Below, one piece after another: positions 9,132-18,545 of a DNA stretch of 40,240 nt; the first letter of the stretch is position 1; every line of letters begins with the position of its first letter. The notes below the pieces were generated by a model, which worked only from the letters and a program-made list of their open reading frames with translations, was not told the origin of the DNA and did no database searches. This DNA is from a virus (Duplodnaviria > Caudoviricetes), in IMG/VR virus record IMGVR_UViG_3300037484_000669, positions 1-40,240 of that record; one strand, given 5' to 3'. Made by a program: the position numbers and the translations under genes.

Positions 9132-9250
9132 GCACTTCTCCAAACCGGGCTGGTTACCCGGGTAAAAGCGCGGCTGTTTCGTCCTCGACACGAGAAGTCG
9201 AACGTCGAGAACCCACCCAACCGCAGGTGGACCAGTTTCAGAACTTCGCT
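9132..9250 (-). promoter_or_regulatory. Structured leader/operator upstream of the P63C gene
   Basis: Perfect palindrome TTACCCGGGTAA (9154-9165); stems 9181-9189/9204-9212 and 9213-9217/9226-9230; long-range pairing of 9232-9243 with 9136-9148 over the RBS. Confidence 0.45.
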
Positions 9251-9254
9251 GCGC

Positions 9255-9626
9255 TCAAACCGTCGTGTCCAATGGGCAAGCGCGCGCGGTGAGTTCTGGG
9301 AGTTCGATACCGCCAGGGAGCGGCGGAACGAGAACGGGTACCGGAGGAAGCCTCACGGGTACACCGGGCAGGTGACCACCGGGCACCACTACGCCATTGA
9401 CCAGGACGGCTACAGAGGGCGTCTCGGGTGCGGTCGGCATCTCAGGCGCTCCGAGTAGCGGAGGTAGCAACACGGGCAGCGGAGGCGTCCGGATTGGCAC
9501 GCCCGGAAGTGGCTCACCGTTGAGCAGGGGCAGCTCGGGTGCCGGAGGCATCTCTGGAGCGCCCGGAATAGGCGGGGGCAACACGGGGATTGGCGGTTGC
9601 TCGACGGCGAATGCGCATCGGGTCAT
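9255..9626 (-). CDS. Proline-rich repeat protein coupled to the spike gene
   Basis: ATGA overlap with the spike gene; three PPxPVLxPP(I/L)xG repeats; Cys only near the termini (MTRCAF...ACPLD). Confidence 0.65.
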   Translation of the reverse strand: MTRCAFAVEQPPIPVLPPPIPGAPEMPPAPELPLLNGEPLPGVPIRTPPLPVLLPPLLGAPEMPTAPETPSVAVLVNGVVVPGGHLPGVPVRLPPVPVLVPPLPGGIELPELTARACPLDTTV

Positions 9627-10351
9627 AGGGCCTTGAGCATCGTTGTGCCGGCCGTGGTTCGAAGCGCTACGGCGATGGCTTGCAGTGCCGCGCCAAGGGC
9701 CGATGACACAACGGGGGCAACACCGGCCGCATTGAGCGGGACGGCTAGCGCATCGAGCACAGTAGCGAGCAGCGTTGCGTTGACTACGGGTTGCCCGGCG
9801 CCTCCGCCGAAGTCTCCCGAGCCGCCCTTGAATGTCCCGTTGGCGGTGATGTCATCGCCGACAATTCGAAGAAACGCGTTACCGTTGCCGCGCCAAATCG
9901 AGTCATCTTCGCCCAGCGTGAAGTGCGATCCGTTAGCGTGTAGGATGTCAATGATCTTCTTTCCGCTAGCGGATTTTCCGACCATGACCATGTGGGCAGC
10001 GTCGTCAACCGGGACGTAGAGCGTCGACGTTTGGGCTACGGCGTCGAGTAGATGGTGAGCGCCGTCCGAGTTGTAAACCGCTACGCTTCCGTCAGTGAGC
10101 GCCGGAACCTTGTCGAGGTCGCGGTTATCGAAGCCACACCACGCAAAACCTTCGTCTCCCTCGTCGGAGTGGAGAGTGTGGGATCCGCCTTGGTCATTGG
10201 CTGGACGCGGACGCCCAATCAGGCCGAAGGTGCCTATTGAGTAGCGCCCGTGACCGGCGGCGTTGTTACCATTCCCATCAACCTGCACACCAAGCATGCC
10301 GTTCTCGTCGTAGGAGATTGCTACGGCTGTGCCTAGGCGGAAGGGGGTCAT
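9623..10351 (-). CDS. Baseplate central spike (Mu gp45/gpV-like)
   Basis: FGLIGRP and LTDGSVAVYNSDG motifs, then beta-strand repeats; follows the hub gene. Confidence 0.7.
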   Translation of the reverse strand: MTPFRLGTAVAISYDENGMLGVQVDGNGNNAAGHGRYSIGTFGLIGRPRPANDQGGSHTLHSDEGDEGFAWCGFDNRDLDKVPALTDGSVAVYNSDGAHHLLDAVAQTSTLYVPVDDAAHMVMVGKSASGKKIIDILHANGSHFTLGEDDSIWRGNGNAFLRIVGDDITANGTFKGGSGDFGGGAGQPVVNATLLATVLDALAVPLNAAGVAPVVSSALGAALQAIAVALRTTAGTTMLKAL

Positions 10352-11715
10352 GATTGGCTGTAAAGTATCGAGGTTGAATCAGTAGAAGCGGCCACCGGAG
10401 CGTCGCCGTCTCTCTCCCAAGTCCACTGCGTCCAGTCGGTTTCCGTTGCCTCGGCCGCGGCCGCAACTGGCGTTTTCTTCGCTAGGGCAGCCTTGTACGC
10501 GTCGGCTTTCTTCGTCTTCGCGGACTGGTCTTCGTCGGCTAGGTAAAGCAAGTCTTCGGGGCGAATCAGCTCGAGGCGCGTCAATGACTTGTCGTTGCAC
10601 GAGTACGTCACGGACTCGATGTAGCGAGGGCCTTCGATGCCGAGCTCTTCGTCGATTACTTTCGCGGCCGTGTCTGGGCCCCAAACCGCAATGCCGTCGT
10701 TGATGAGCGAAGGCGTGCGGTGGCCGCCGACCGTGTAGGAAAGCTCCCACCCGGAGCGGCGCTCCTCGGAAGCGTACTTACGCGCGAGGTATTCCGCTTC
10801 CTTGTCGTTCTTTACGTCATCGTCGTAGTAGGTGATGACGTCTAGTAGACCGGCCTCGACCATCTCGGGATCGATGTACTCGCCTCGGATCTTGTTGCGC
10901 CCACCCTTGCCGCCGCCTTCACTACCGTAGACGATGTATTTCGCGTGCCGATTGGTTGCGTCGTCCTGCCAGCTATGAGTTTCGATGTTGACCGTGTTGC
11001 GAGCGACGCCACGTTGCCGAACCAATACCACCGAAGGCGTGACGTTGGGCTGCGGAGTCGCGAGCACGAAGGAGCCGTCGCCGGCACACCATAGAAATAG
11101 CCCGACGAGCTTGTATTTGTCCTGTAGCCAGTCGTACCAGCGCTGCCCGACCTTGGCCTTGAGCGCCTTGAACTCCATGCGTGAACCGCCGGAGAAGCCC
11201 ATTCCGGTTGAAAGAGTTCGTACCTGGTCTTCGGTCTTGACGACAGGGACTTTTACAGCTGTGACAGCTTGGCGGTTCGCGCCGTTTCCCGCGACGAGCT
11301 TGTGCTCACTGAGACCCACCAGATCCATGACCTTACGGGTCAAGTCGTAGTAGGTGCGCTCCGTGAGCTCGATGTCCTCCTCAACGTGACCGTTGAAGAG
11401 TTTGCGCATGTAGTCGCGGCCTTTGATCTCAACCACTGTCGAGTCGCTCGAAGGCACCGAACGGCTGTCGATGATGCCGCTTTGCTGAACGATGCCGCCG
11501 ATACTGAGTTGAAACCGTGCGCCCTTCGGACACAACTCGAGTAGTTCCTTAGCTATCCCAGCGTGACCGAGCCGTAGCGAGAACGCAGCGGGCTGCGTCA
11601 TGACAGAGATCTTGATCTCGTAGCCTTCGGTGATCGCGAGCTTGTTTCCGTTTATGGTGAGCGCAACCTCGTCGTTGAAACCGCCGATGGTCAAGTCTCC
11701 ATCACGATTGCTCAT
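10348..11715 (-). CDS. Baseplate hub (Mu gp44/gpD-like)
   Basis: VALTING, PAAFSLRLG, GIIDSR, VEIKGRD, RHAKYIVYG, VIDEELGIEG motifs. Confidence 0.85.
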   Translation of the reverse strand: MSNRDGDLTIGGFNDEVALTINGNKLAITEGYEIKISVMTQPAAFSLRLGHAGIAKELLELCPKGARFQLSIGGIVQQSGIIDSRSVPSSDSTVVEIKGRDYMRKLFNGHVEEDIELTERTYYDLTRKVMDLVGLSEHKLVAGNGANRQAVTAVKVPVVKTEDQVRTLSTGMGFSGGSRMEFKALKAKVGQRWYDWLQDKYKLVGLFLWCAGDGSFVLATPQPNVTPSVVLVRQRGVARNTVNIETHSWQDDATNRHAKYIVYGSEGGGKGGRNKIRGEYIDPEMVEAGLLDVITYYDDDVKNDKEAEYLARKYASEERRSGWELSYTVGGHRTPSLINDGIAVWGPDTAAKVIDEELGIEGPRYIESVTYSCNDKSLTRLELIRPEDLLYLADEDQSAKTKKADAYKAALAKKTPVAAAAEATETDWTQWTWERDGDAPVAASTDSTSILYSQS

Positions 11716-12586
11716 CGTAATACCTAATACTCATTCCAGCCGGGATAATCAGCGGGTCGTCGATAATGTTCAGACCGAGCAAGTCGCCGCCGCGAGTTCC
11801 GTCGCCCGAGTAGATTGCGGACGACAACTGTTGAAGCGTCATCTGGATCGGCACGGTGTAAAAACGAAACTCAAGGCCCTTGTTCGCGATGTCGTTACCG
11901 AAGCTTCGGAGCGTTTCCCAGAGCTCTGCGAAGGCCGAAAGCGCCAAGATGTTTGCCGGGTCTTTCAGCTCACTAGAGATTTCGTCGGCTTCTCTAAAGA
12001 GGCCTTCGAGGTAGTCAATCTTTGAGCGGACCAGCGCCGAATAGAGTTCGAACTGGTCTTTGATCCCAAGGATCTTACCAACACCGGCCGCAATCTTGCT
12101 GAATATGTCGGCCTTCCACGCGTGGTCCTCAAACTTGATTGCCGCATCGAGCATCGGCAGCTTGTTGACCTTGACGAAGTTTTGGATCGGGAACTCGAAG
12201 TCCAGATCTTCGACGAACTCGGCAGAGAATCCCAAACCGCTACGATTCGTGTTCTTTTCGTTGAGATCTAGCTCGAGGCACTGCGCCTTGACCTTGCCGA
12301 TCCACGGGATTGTTAGGTCCTCGGTCGTCTCTTCCTCGACCAGCATCCGGAAGATACCGGCTTGGGTAAGGTGGTTCTCGTAATCCTTGATGTCACTAAG
12401 TCCATCGTCGAACTTGCCACTGGCGCTGATGACGTAGAGCTTGCGCCCCATTTTCTCGCCAGCGGCGCCAGCGGTATGCGGGTAGACGTGTTCGGCTCGA
12501 CGAACACCGATCTTGACGGAGGCCGACTCAATAGCGAGACGTATCGGGCCGAATCGCCAAGGTTCGAATTTGTCGAGCTGTCCCAT
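11702..12586 (-). CDS. Tail tube initiator, DNA_circ_N (Mu gpN-like) with C-terminal LysM-like segment
   Basis: RRAEHVYPHTAGAAGEKMGRK, LTIPWIGKV; C-terminal TLQQLSSAIY...LLGLNIIDDPLIIPAG. Confidence 0.85.
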   Translation of the reverse strand: MGQLDKFEPWRFGPIRLAIESASVKIGVRRAEHVYPHTAGAAGEKMGRKLYVISASGKFDDGLSDIKDYENHLTQAGIFRMLVEEETTEDLTIPWIGKVKAQCLELDLNEKNTNRSGLGFSAEFVEDLDFEFPIQNFVKVNKLPMLDAAIKFEDHAWKADIFSKIAAGVGKILGIKDQFELYSALVRSKIDYLEGLFREADEISSELKDPANILALSAFAELWETLRSFGNDIANKGLEFRFYTVPIQMTLQQLSSAIYSGDGTRGGDLLGLNIIDDPLIIPAGMSIRYYDEQS

Positions 12587-14958
12587 TACTGACCTTCACG
12601 TCCGCGCCTACCGGATGGGTCGACCTTCGGAGCGTTATCTCCACCTGGCCCCCCAATGTCGCTCGGGTTCATTATCCGAACATTGAGCGTTTGCCCTTTG
12701 AGCGCCCGCGCTTGCGCTTGACCGGCCTTCTCGTAGTCGGCCTCTTTGTTCAAGCGCCATTGCTCCTGCTCTTTTTGGGCAGAGATGCTCTCGCGGTCTT
12801 CCTTCGACAGCTTTCCGGTCTTCGAATAAGCGTCGTACTCGGCTCGTTTGCGCGCGATTGTAGATTCAAGTCCCTTGACGTCTGCCTCGTCACCGGCACC
12901 AAACAGGTTCATTATCCCCGAGAAAACGCCGCCGATGAGACCCTTGTCGTCTTGGTACTTCTGCAGTTGTTGCTCGGCGTTGCGAAGCGCTTCAGACAAG
13001 TCAGAGCCATGAGCCGTGTTCAGGTTGCGGCTGATGTCGGTTGTGGTTTTTGCGCCCTCGTCGTACATGGACTTGCCGGCGAAGTCGATCGCTGAGTAGA
13101 CCCCAAGGCCAATTCCCAGGCCAGCACCTGCAGCGGCTAGTCCGCCGCCCCACGACGTCAAACCACCGGAAGCGTTGCGGCGCGAGAGCATCCCACCAAC
13201 AGCGCCCCCGCCTTCGTTTACAGCCTTTTTCCCAACACCGGACTTGATACCGCGTTCGAGTATCGAGCGAAAGAACGACTCGGTTAGCGCGCGACCAATT
13301 GCGACGCTTATCGCGAGCGCTATCACCTTGCCAGGATTCTCGGTTGCCCAGGTGATGAAGTTACCGAATGCACTGGCTATCCTCAGTGCCATTGGCGCGA
13401 GTTGCTCCAATGCAGGGATTAGCCTAGTTGCAGCCGCCTCGGTTATCTTGTCGAGTTGGTTTTGGAAGTGCTGCGCTTTGGCGGCGCGCGTAGCTTGGTA
13501 GTCCTCGATGTTTTTCTTTTCGACATCCTCCGTTACCTGGGCGCGATTGAACGGCTCCAGGAGAGCCATCGCTGCCTTGACTCCGGGCCCCTCTTTTCCG
13601 CCGCCGCCAGCCTTGTTGTAGGCGTTCATCATCCCACGGATCGGTTTTTGGCCGAGCGTGTCCGCCCACATCTCGGTCATTGCGGGGATATTGCCCTTTG
13701 ATGCAACGAGCGAGTCGCGAATGATGTCTAAGATCGGACGCTTTTGGGTGCCGCCCTCATTGAACAGCTCAACACCGTGACGCTTGAATGCATCGATGCG
13801 CTGCCCCTTTGACGTCGTATTGGAAAACGCAGCGATCGAACGAGCGGCGTCGGCTCCAGAAGTGGCGCCACCTTCAGCAATCGACAACTGAGTCAGCGCT
13901 GACAGCGTCAAAATGTTCTGCGAAATGTCGCCTTCGAACGCCTTGGCGTTGGCGGCGACGCGTCCCATCTGCGCCGCGTAGTCTTTCATTTCAACCGCGC
14001 CGACTGCGGTCTGCCCAACAATGCCTCGCATCACGTCTAGCGTGCGCTGCGCGGCGTCAGGCATGTCCTTCAGCTGGTTGTAAATGTAACCCGCCGCGTT
14101 GCCCATCTCGCCTAGATCTGCTCCGGCGGCTAGCGACATTGACCCGAGTTTTTCGCCCATCATCGGAGCGACCCCGAAGTCACCGGTCTTCCCGGTGAAG
14201 CTGCGCATCAACGCCGTGACGCGCTCGGGTGCGATTTTTAGATCGTCACCTACCTTCGTCGATACACCTGTCCAGTATGCGCCGCCTCGGCTCGTGCCGT
14301 TGGCGATCCGCTCTTGCTGGGCCAAGCCCATGCCGGCAGTCTCGCGCTCGTTGGAGCGTGACACGCCGCCACCAAGCGACATATCAACGCCGACGCCGCG
14401 CAGTAGCTCGTTCGCCGTGCGCGAAGCGTACCCGATGGCACCCTCAGGGCGCGGGAACATGAAGCGGGTCGTTCGGTGACTGGTTCGTGTGGCGAAACGG
14501 TCAAGTTCTCGTTCGCGTCCAGAGTACTGGCGCATCAACGCAGTCGACCGTTGCCGCTGCATCGACGCCATCGAGAGCGTTATCTGCCGCTCGCCGCGCT
14601 CACGTTCGCGGAGGGCGTCTCGCTCGGCCTTCTGCCGTTCACGAATCGCTTTGAGTTCCTCTTTCGCGCGTTGCCGAGCTAAACGAACACCCTCAGCATT
14701 CGCCTGCCGAGTGGCAAGCATTTGCTGTTTCATGATGTCGCGGTTCAGCTTCGACTGCTCCGCGTGCGCCGCCCTAGCAGCAATCAGCTCGGCATTCTGC
14801 GGGCGGCCGCCCGCGCGCGCCATTCCGCCACGGCCGATCTTCGCAAGTTCGATGTTCGCTGCGTCGCACGCTTTGCGCGCCATAGCTGGAACATGGGAAA
14901 ATGACTCCCCTAAGCTCCGGTCAAGGCGACCGACGATGGTGATGCGAACTGTAGCCAT
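12586..14958 (-). CDS. Tape measure protein
   Basis: 790 aa, Ala/Gly-rich and helical with hydrophobic segments; canonical position after the chaperones. Confidence 0.85.
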   Translation of the reverse strand: MATVRITIVGRLDRSLGESFSHVPAMARKACDAANIELAKIGRGGMARAGGRPQNAELIAARAAHAEQSKLNRDIMKQQMLATRQANAEGVRLARQRAKEELKAIRERQKAERDALRERERGERQITLSMASMQRQRSTALMRQYSGRERELDRFATRTSHRTTRFMFPRPEGAIGYASRTANELLRGVGVDMSLGGGVSRSNERETAGMGLAQQERIANGTSRGGAYWTGVSTKVGDDLKIAPERVTALMRSFTGKTGDFGVAPMMGEKLGSMSLAAGADLGEMGNAAGYIYNQLKDMPDAAQRTLDVMRGIVGQTAVGAVEMKDYAAQMGRVAANAKAFEGDISQNILTLSALTQLSIAEGGATSGADAARSIAAFSNTTSKGQRIDAFKRHGVELFNEGGTQKRPILDIIRDSLVASKGNIPAMTEMWADTLGQKPIRGMMNAYNKAGGGGKEGPGVKAAMALLEPFNRAQVTEDVEKKNIEDYQATRAAKAQHFQNQLDKITEAAATRLIPALEQLAPMALRIASAFGNFITWATENPGKVIALAISVAIGRALTESFFRSILERGIKSGVGKKAVNEGGGAVGGMLSRRNASGGLTSWGGGLAAAGAGLGIGLGVYSAIDFAGKSMYDEGAKTTTDISRNLNTAHGSDLSEALRNAEQQLQKYQDDKGLIGGVFSGIMNLFGAGDEADVKGLESTIARKRAEYDAYSKTGKLSKEDRESISAQKEQEQWRLNKEADYEKAGQAQARALKGQTLNVRIMNPSDIGGPGGDNAPKVDPSGRRGREGQ

Positions 14959-15482
14959 TATACGTTCAGGGCTTCAATGATCGCGGATGCGAGTCTTCGA
15001 ATCCGCGCGGCACGCTGCGAGCTCTCGGCTTCGATTGCGTCGAGCTTTTCGCCCGTCTGCAATGCGTCGCCGAGTAGGTAGAGTTCCTCATCGCTGGCGA
15101 GCGGAATCACCGGGCTCGTCTCGATGTGTAGCTGTTCAATGCAGTCGAATAGGTAGCGAATGGTCGCCGGTTTCAGGTGTTTCTTGATTTGGATGTCCGC
15201 GAAGGGGAACGAGGGGTGTTTCTTGGTGCAATCGTTCGGATCGCAAATACCGACCGAAACCAAGTGGAACATCGCCGCCTTGTCGTCTTCCGCTTCCAGC
15301 GCCTTGGCGTAGTCATCATCGTTCGGGGTTCGAAGACCAACAACGATAGCCGAAGCGGGCTTGCCGTCGCATTCCTCGAGATACGCTTCGGGTTTCAGCG
15401 TGATCTCTTTCCCCGCCGGCATCGGGCGCTTCTTACCGTTCGTGGCGCGGCGCTCCTCGAGAAGCGTAGACAGGTTAGCCAT
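14958..15482 (-). CDS. Tail assembly chaperone (paralog 2)
   Basis: Position before the tape measure; shares a VGL...DP..P.F...TI.YL....E.SP pattern with the upstream ORF. Confidence 0.65.
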   Translation of the reverse strand: MANLSTLLEERRATNGKKRPMPAGKEITLKPEAYLEECDGKPASAIVVGLRTPNDDDYAKALEAEDDKAAMFHLVSVGICDPNDCTKKHPSFPFADIQIKKHLKPATIRYLFDCIEQLHIETSPVIPLASDEELYLLGDALQTGEKLDAIEAESSQRAARIRRLASAIIEALNV

Positions 15483-15500
15483 TGCGTTCGCGTTCCTGCG

Positions 15501-16103
15501 CTACTCGCCAGAGGTAGAGCCAGAGGTGGTATTGAGCGTCGGTAATGTCAGCAACAGGTTGGCCGTAAAAAGCAAAAATTTCAGCCGCGTACCGGCACTT
15601 AGTTGCAAGAACGCTAAAGGGCCCTGTGCGGCCACCCCTGCGATCATCGTGTAGTATTCCTCGGGAGTTTTCTCACCGATACCAGGCTGCGGGCTGCACT
15701 CGTCTTGCCAAACGTCTTGGCATTCGGCGAGGAACAGGATCGTGTCGCGCCCGATGTTCGGATGCGTCCGAGCGTCCTCGACCCTTTCTTCGAGTGTCGG
15801 ATTGTCCGATTTACCAAAGAATGGAACCGGATTCTTTGGGTCCGAGTCTGGATCGACAGCGGTCGTCGCGACCGTGTAAAGGGCCTTGCCGTAGTCGTAA
15901 AGCTCGCACCCGTCCTTGGGTTCGCCCTTGCGTTCAATCGCGTACCGGGTGGCACCTTCGAGGATGGGGCCGTAGTCAACAATGATACCCAGGCCAATGT
16001 TCACGGACTCCGGAGTTCCATCTCCGTCAACCATGTTTTTGAGCGGTATCGACACCGGCATAATCTGCCGAGTGCCACGGATTATCGAACGCAAACGAGC
16101 CAT
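15501..16103 (-). CDS. Tail assembly chaperone (paralog 1)
   Basis: Position after the tube gene; GAGG RBS; IGL...DPD..P.PFF...TILFL...DECSP. Confidence 0.65.
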   Translation of the reverse strand: MARLRSIIRGTRQIMPVSIPLKNMVDGDGTPESVNIGLGIIVDYGPILEGATRYAIERKGEPKDGCELYDYGKALYTVATTAVDPDSDPKNPVPFFGKSDNPTLEERVEDARTHPNIGRDTILFLAECQDVWQDECSPQPGIGEKTPEEYYTMIAGVAAQGPLAFLQLSAGTRLKFLLFTANLLLTLPTLNTTSGSTSGE

Positions 16104-16114
16104 AAAATCCTCGA

Positions 16115-16180
16115 CGAAAAAAGAGGGCGCGAACGATTCGCCACTGGCGAACCGCTACGGTGTCGCGCCCCGGACACCGG
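16115..16180 (-). terminator. Intrinsic terminator/attenuator after the tail tube gene
   Basis: Minus-strand stem GGGCGCGA/TCGCGCCC (16163-16170 with 16125-16132) followed by TCTTTTTT. Confidence 0.55.
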
Positions 16181-16223
16181 TCACGTGTAGGATGGAGGAA
16201 CTACGAGTGACTACGAAGTGAAC

Positions 16224-16610
16224 TTATCCGACCTTCGAAATGTCACCGCCAACAAGCTCACAACTGAACGTTGTGGTTCCCGGCGCTGACTGTGAGGCGT
16301 ACTCGAAGGAGTCGACCTTCATATTTGCGGAAAGAATCCGACCGTCGATGATTCCGAAGGTGAAGTCGGTGTATTTTTTGCTTTTCCACAGGTCAAACAG
16401 AACCTGCGTCGACTCTTTACCGCCCTTACAGATGGCTGCCGAGATAGACGAAGAAGACGTGGGAACGCCTTCCGATGCCCCAGCTACGAATCCGTCGGCG
16501 ATGATCTGCTCGGAGTTCGAGGCGCCCTTTAGGGACGCCTGTGTTTGAAACTCCACCCTACGACCATCTTGACCGTACGTGGAAAAGTTGCCGAATTTAT
16601 CGTCGCTCAT
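16224..16610 (-). CDS. Tail tube protein
   Basis: 128 aa directly after the sheath gene; strong AGGAG RBS; beta-rich. Confidence 0.75.
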   Translation of the reverse strand: MSDDKFGNFSTYGQDGRRVEFQTQASLKGASNSEQIIADGFVAGASEGVPTSSSSISAAICKGGKESTQVLFDLWKSKKYTDFTFGIIDGRILSANMKVDSFEYASQSAPGTTTFSCELVGGDISKVG

Positions 16611-16622
16611 TGTGTGCTCCTG

Positions 16623-18128
16623 TTAGCTCGCGACGGTCTGGTTGATGTTTGCGCCGAGCTGGAAACTCTTCGGCTTCACGTAGGCGGGGATCGCCGACAT
16701 GATGCAACCGCGTTGCGTGCTCCACTCGGATTGCGGCGGATGCTCTTCGACCAGGTACACCCAGCCGTCGTTTGCGAACCCGCGCATCATCGTAAGCAGC
16801 CTGCCGTTCCAGAGACTCGGCGTGATTGTTCTTGGTGCAGCCGGTGCGCCCGTTGTTGAATCAGGCTCGTTCCATGGATTCGCCGCGGAAACGGCGGTCC
16901 ATAGTGCGCCGACCTCTTTGTTGATGCGATCCGTGACGTCGACGTCGGGCCAGTCGCGCGAGTTGAAGTCCGGTGAAGTACCAGTGAGGCACTTCGAGGT
17001 GATTCCGCGGACGATTACCAAATCGGTACCGTCCGTTCGAAGCACACAAACGCCGTTGTTCAACGCGTTCTTTTGCTCGACTCGCGTCGGATTGTCCGCC
17101 TTGATCTGCGGCTGAGCGCCCTTGAGGACGCATTCGGGAGTACCAGCCCACTTGTAGTTTGGCTGTTGACCAACCATCGCGGCTCGCGTGGCTGCTAGTT
17201 TCCCGACTAGCCAAGCCGGAGAGTTTTCTCCGTATTTCGCCCACGCGATCACGCAACGCGCATCGTTGAGTGTCGTGTTGCCAAGCGACGCCGCCGCAGA
17301 GTACGTGCCGCAAATGGCGAAGAACGCGCTTTCGAGGTGGCTTGTGCCGGGCATCGCCTCGCTCGCCAAGTGCGTCTTGACGAGGCCCATTGTCGTCGTG
17401 TCGTTCGCCGCAATTGCCAGGTAGTCGTAGACGTCACCGGCAAGGTTAGCGAGCTGCGGCGCAATGGAGTCGGCGCCGGCGCCGCTTCCGAAGGTCCACA
17501 TGTTCGTGTGTCCAGCAACGAGAGCGCCGACGGTCACTGTGCAGGTGAGCCCAGGCACTTCCGACAGGTCGAGCGTGAGAACCAGTTGATTCCCGCGTGC
17601 GCCGGTGTTGCGGTTGGTGAGCGTGGTCGCCGACGCTGCCGCGCCAGATGTTACCTGGGCGCGAACCATCGTCTTGCAGCCGAGGTCACAGTTCGTGGCG
17701 ACAACGGTTGTGGCGTCGGTTGTTGCCGCGCCGAACGCGAATGTCTTGCCGCCGACTCGGCCACGGACCGTACCGTTTCTCGTGGCGGCTCCGCCCCAAG
17801 TCAGGACGATAGACGACGCCACGGGGCCTGCCGCAGGCTCTAGGACGGGGGCAGCGTAGACGTTGACGTCGCCAACGGTGAACGCTCCGTAACAGATTGT
17901 GGCAACCTCAGAACCGGCGCCAAGTTGCGTGTCTGCGTCGGCCTCTCCTGAGAGCGGACCAACGATGTCCACGTCGGGCGTGGCGCTACCGGCAGAGGTT
18001 TTGTTGCCAGCGGCACAAACCTTTACCGGCATGGAGCCGATGGAAACGAGACCGGCGCCGAGCACGGATGCCCGATAGCTGCCGGGGATCGCGTTATCAG
18101 TGGCGAACCCTGAAACAATGATGCCCAT
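16623..18128 (-). CDS. Tail sheath protein (Mu gpL-like)
   Basis: IPGSY, LGAGSEV, RNTGARGNQL, EQKNALNNGVCVL, IVRGIT motifs; 501 aa. Confidence 0.9.
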   Translation of the reverse strand: MGIIVSGFATDNAIPGSYRASVLGAGLVSIGSMPVKVCAAGNKTSAGSATPDVDIVGPLSGEADADTQLGAGSEVATICYGAFTVGDVNVYAAPVLEPAAGPVASSIVLTWGGAATRNGTVRGRVGGKTFAFGAATTDATTVVATNCDLGCKTMVRAQVTSGAAASATTLTNRNTGARGNQLVLTLDLSEVPGLTCTVTVGALVAGHTNMWTFGSGAGADSIAPQLANLAGDVYDYLAIAANDTTTMGLVKTHLASEAMPGTSHLESAFFAICGTYSAAASLGNTTLNDARCVIAWAKYGENSPAWLVGKLAATRAAMVGQQPNYKWAGTPECVLKGAQPQIKADNPTRVEQKNALNNGVCVLRTDGTDLVIVRGITSKCLTGTSPDFNSRDWPDVDVTDRINKEVGALWTAVSAANPWNEPDSTTGAPAAPRTITPSLWNGRLLTMMRGFANDGWVYLVEEHPPQSEWSTQRGCIMSAIPAYVKPKSFQLGANINQTVAS

Positions 18129-18134
18129 GGTGGG

Positions 18135-18545
18135 TTATTCCTTCGCCTCGACGGGCATGGTCACGACACCAGTCTCCGTGTCGGGGCATTTCGCGAGTAA
18201 CGCTTCGGCGCTCGTGAAGCCCTTGATCCCCGCCTTTGCAGCCGTCGCGGCATCGGCAGGAACCAACGCGCGTTCACGAAGCATTTGCCGGTAGTAGAGC
18301 GTGTCCGGGATTTCTTGGACTTCGGTAGAGAACTCCCATTCCACTTCGTGTCGCTCGCCGCCGATAGTGCCGGTTAGCGTGCCAACGGTGATGGTCTCAC
18401 CTGGTGACGTAACAATCGGACGTGCGCCGATGTAACGTCCTTCAACGTGCTCGACGGGATCGGATGCGCAAGCGCAAAGCGGCTCCCCGCCGAATAGGTA
18501 AGGGTTCGGCAGAACCCGCAATGTTTCTCGAGGTTTCTTAGCCAC
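18135..18545 (-). CDS. Hypothetical protein before the sheath (Mu gp38/DUF2635-like tail end)
   Basis: GTG start overlapping the upstream TAG, with GGAG RBS; EIPDTLYYRQMLRERALVPAD resembles the VP...YW.RRL.DGD motif. Confidence 0.6.
   Translation of the reverse strand: MAKKPRETLRVLPNPYLFGGEPLCACASDPVEHVEGRYIGARPIVTSPGETITVGTLTGTIGGERHEVEWEFSTEVQEIPDTLYYRQMLRERALVPADAATAAKAGIKGFTSAEALLAKCPDTETGVVTMPVEAKE

Noticed and set aside
9170-9245. Hammerhead ribozyme suggested by minus-strand GAGGACGAAAC
   Set aside because: The required CUGANGA core before stem II is missing (CTGAAACTG or TTGGGTGG instead) and stems I/III cannot be built.
11702-12586. DNA circularisation function implying Mu-like transposition
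   Set aside because: This family is a structural tail/baseplate component; no transposase or Mu-end repeats were seen.
15560-15585. Slippery site AAATTTT in the tail chaperone
   Set aside because: Read as AAA TTT T, not in the X XXY YYZ phase; the downstream ORF has its own RBS and start.
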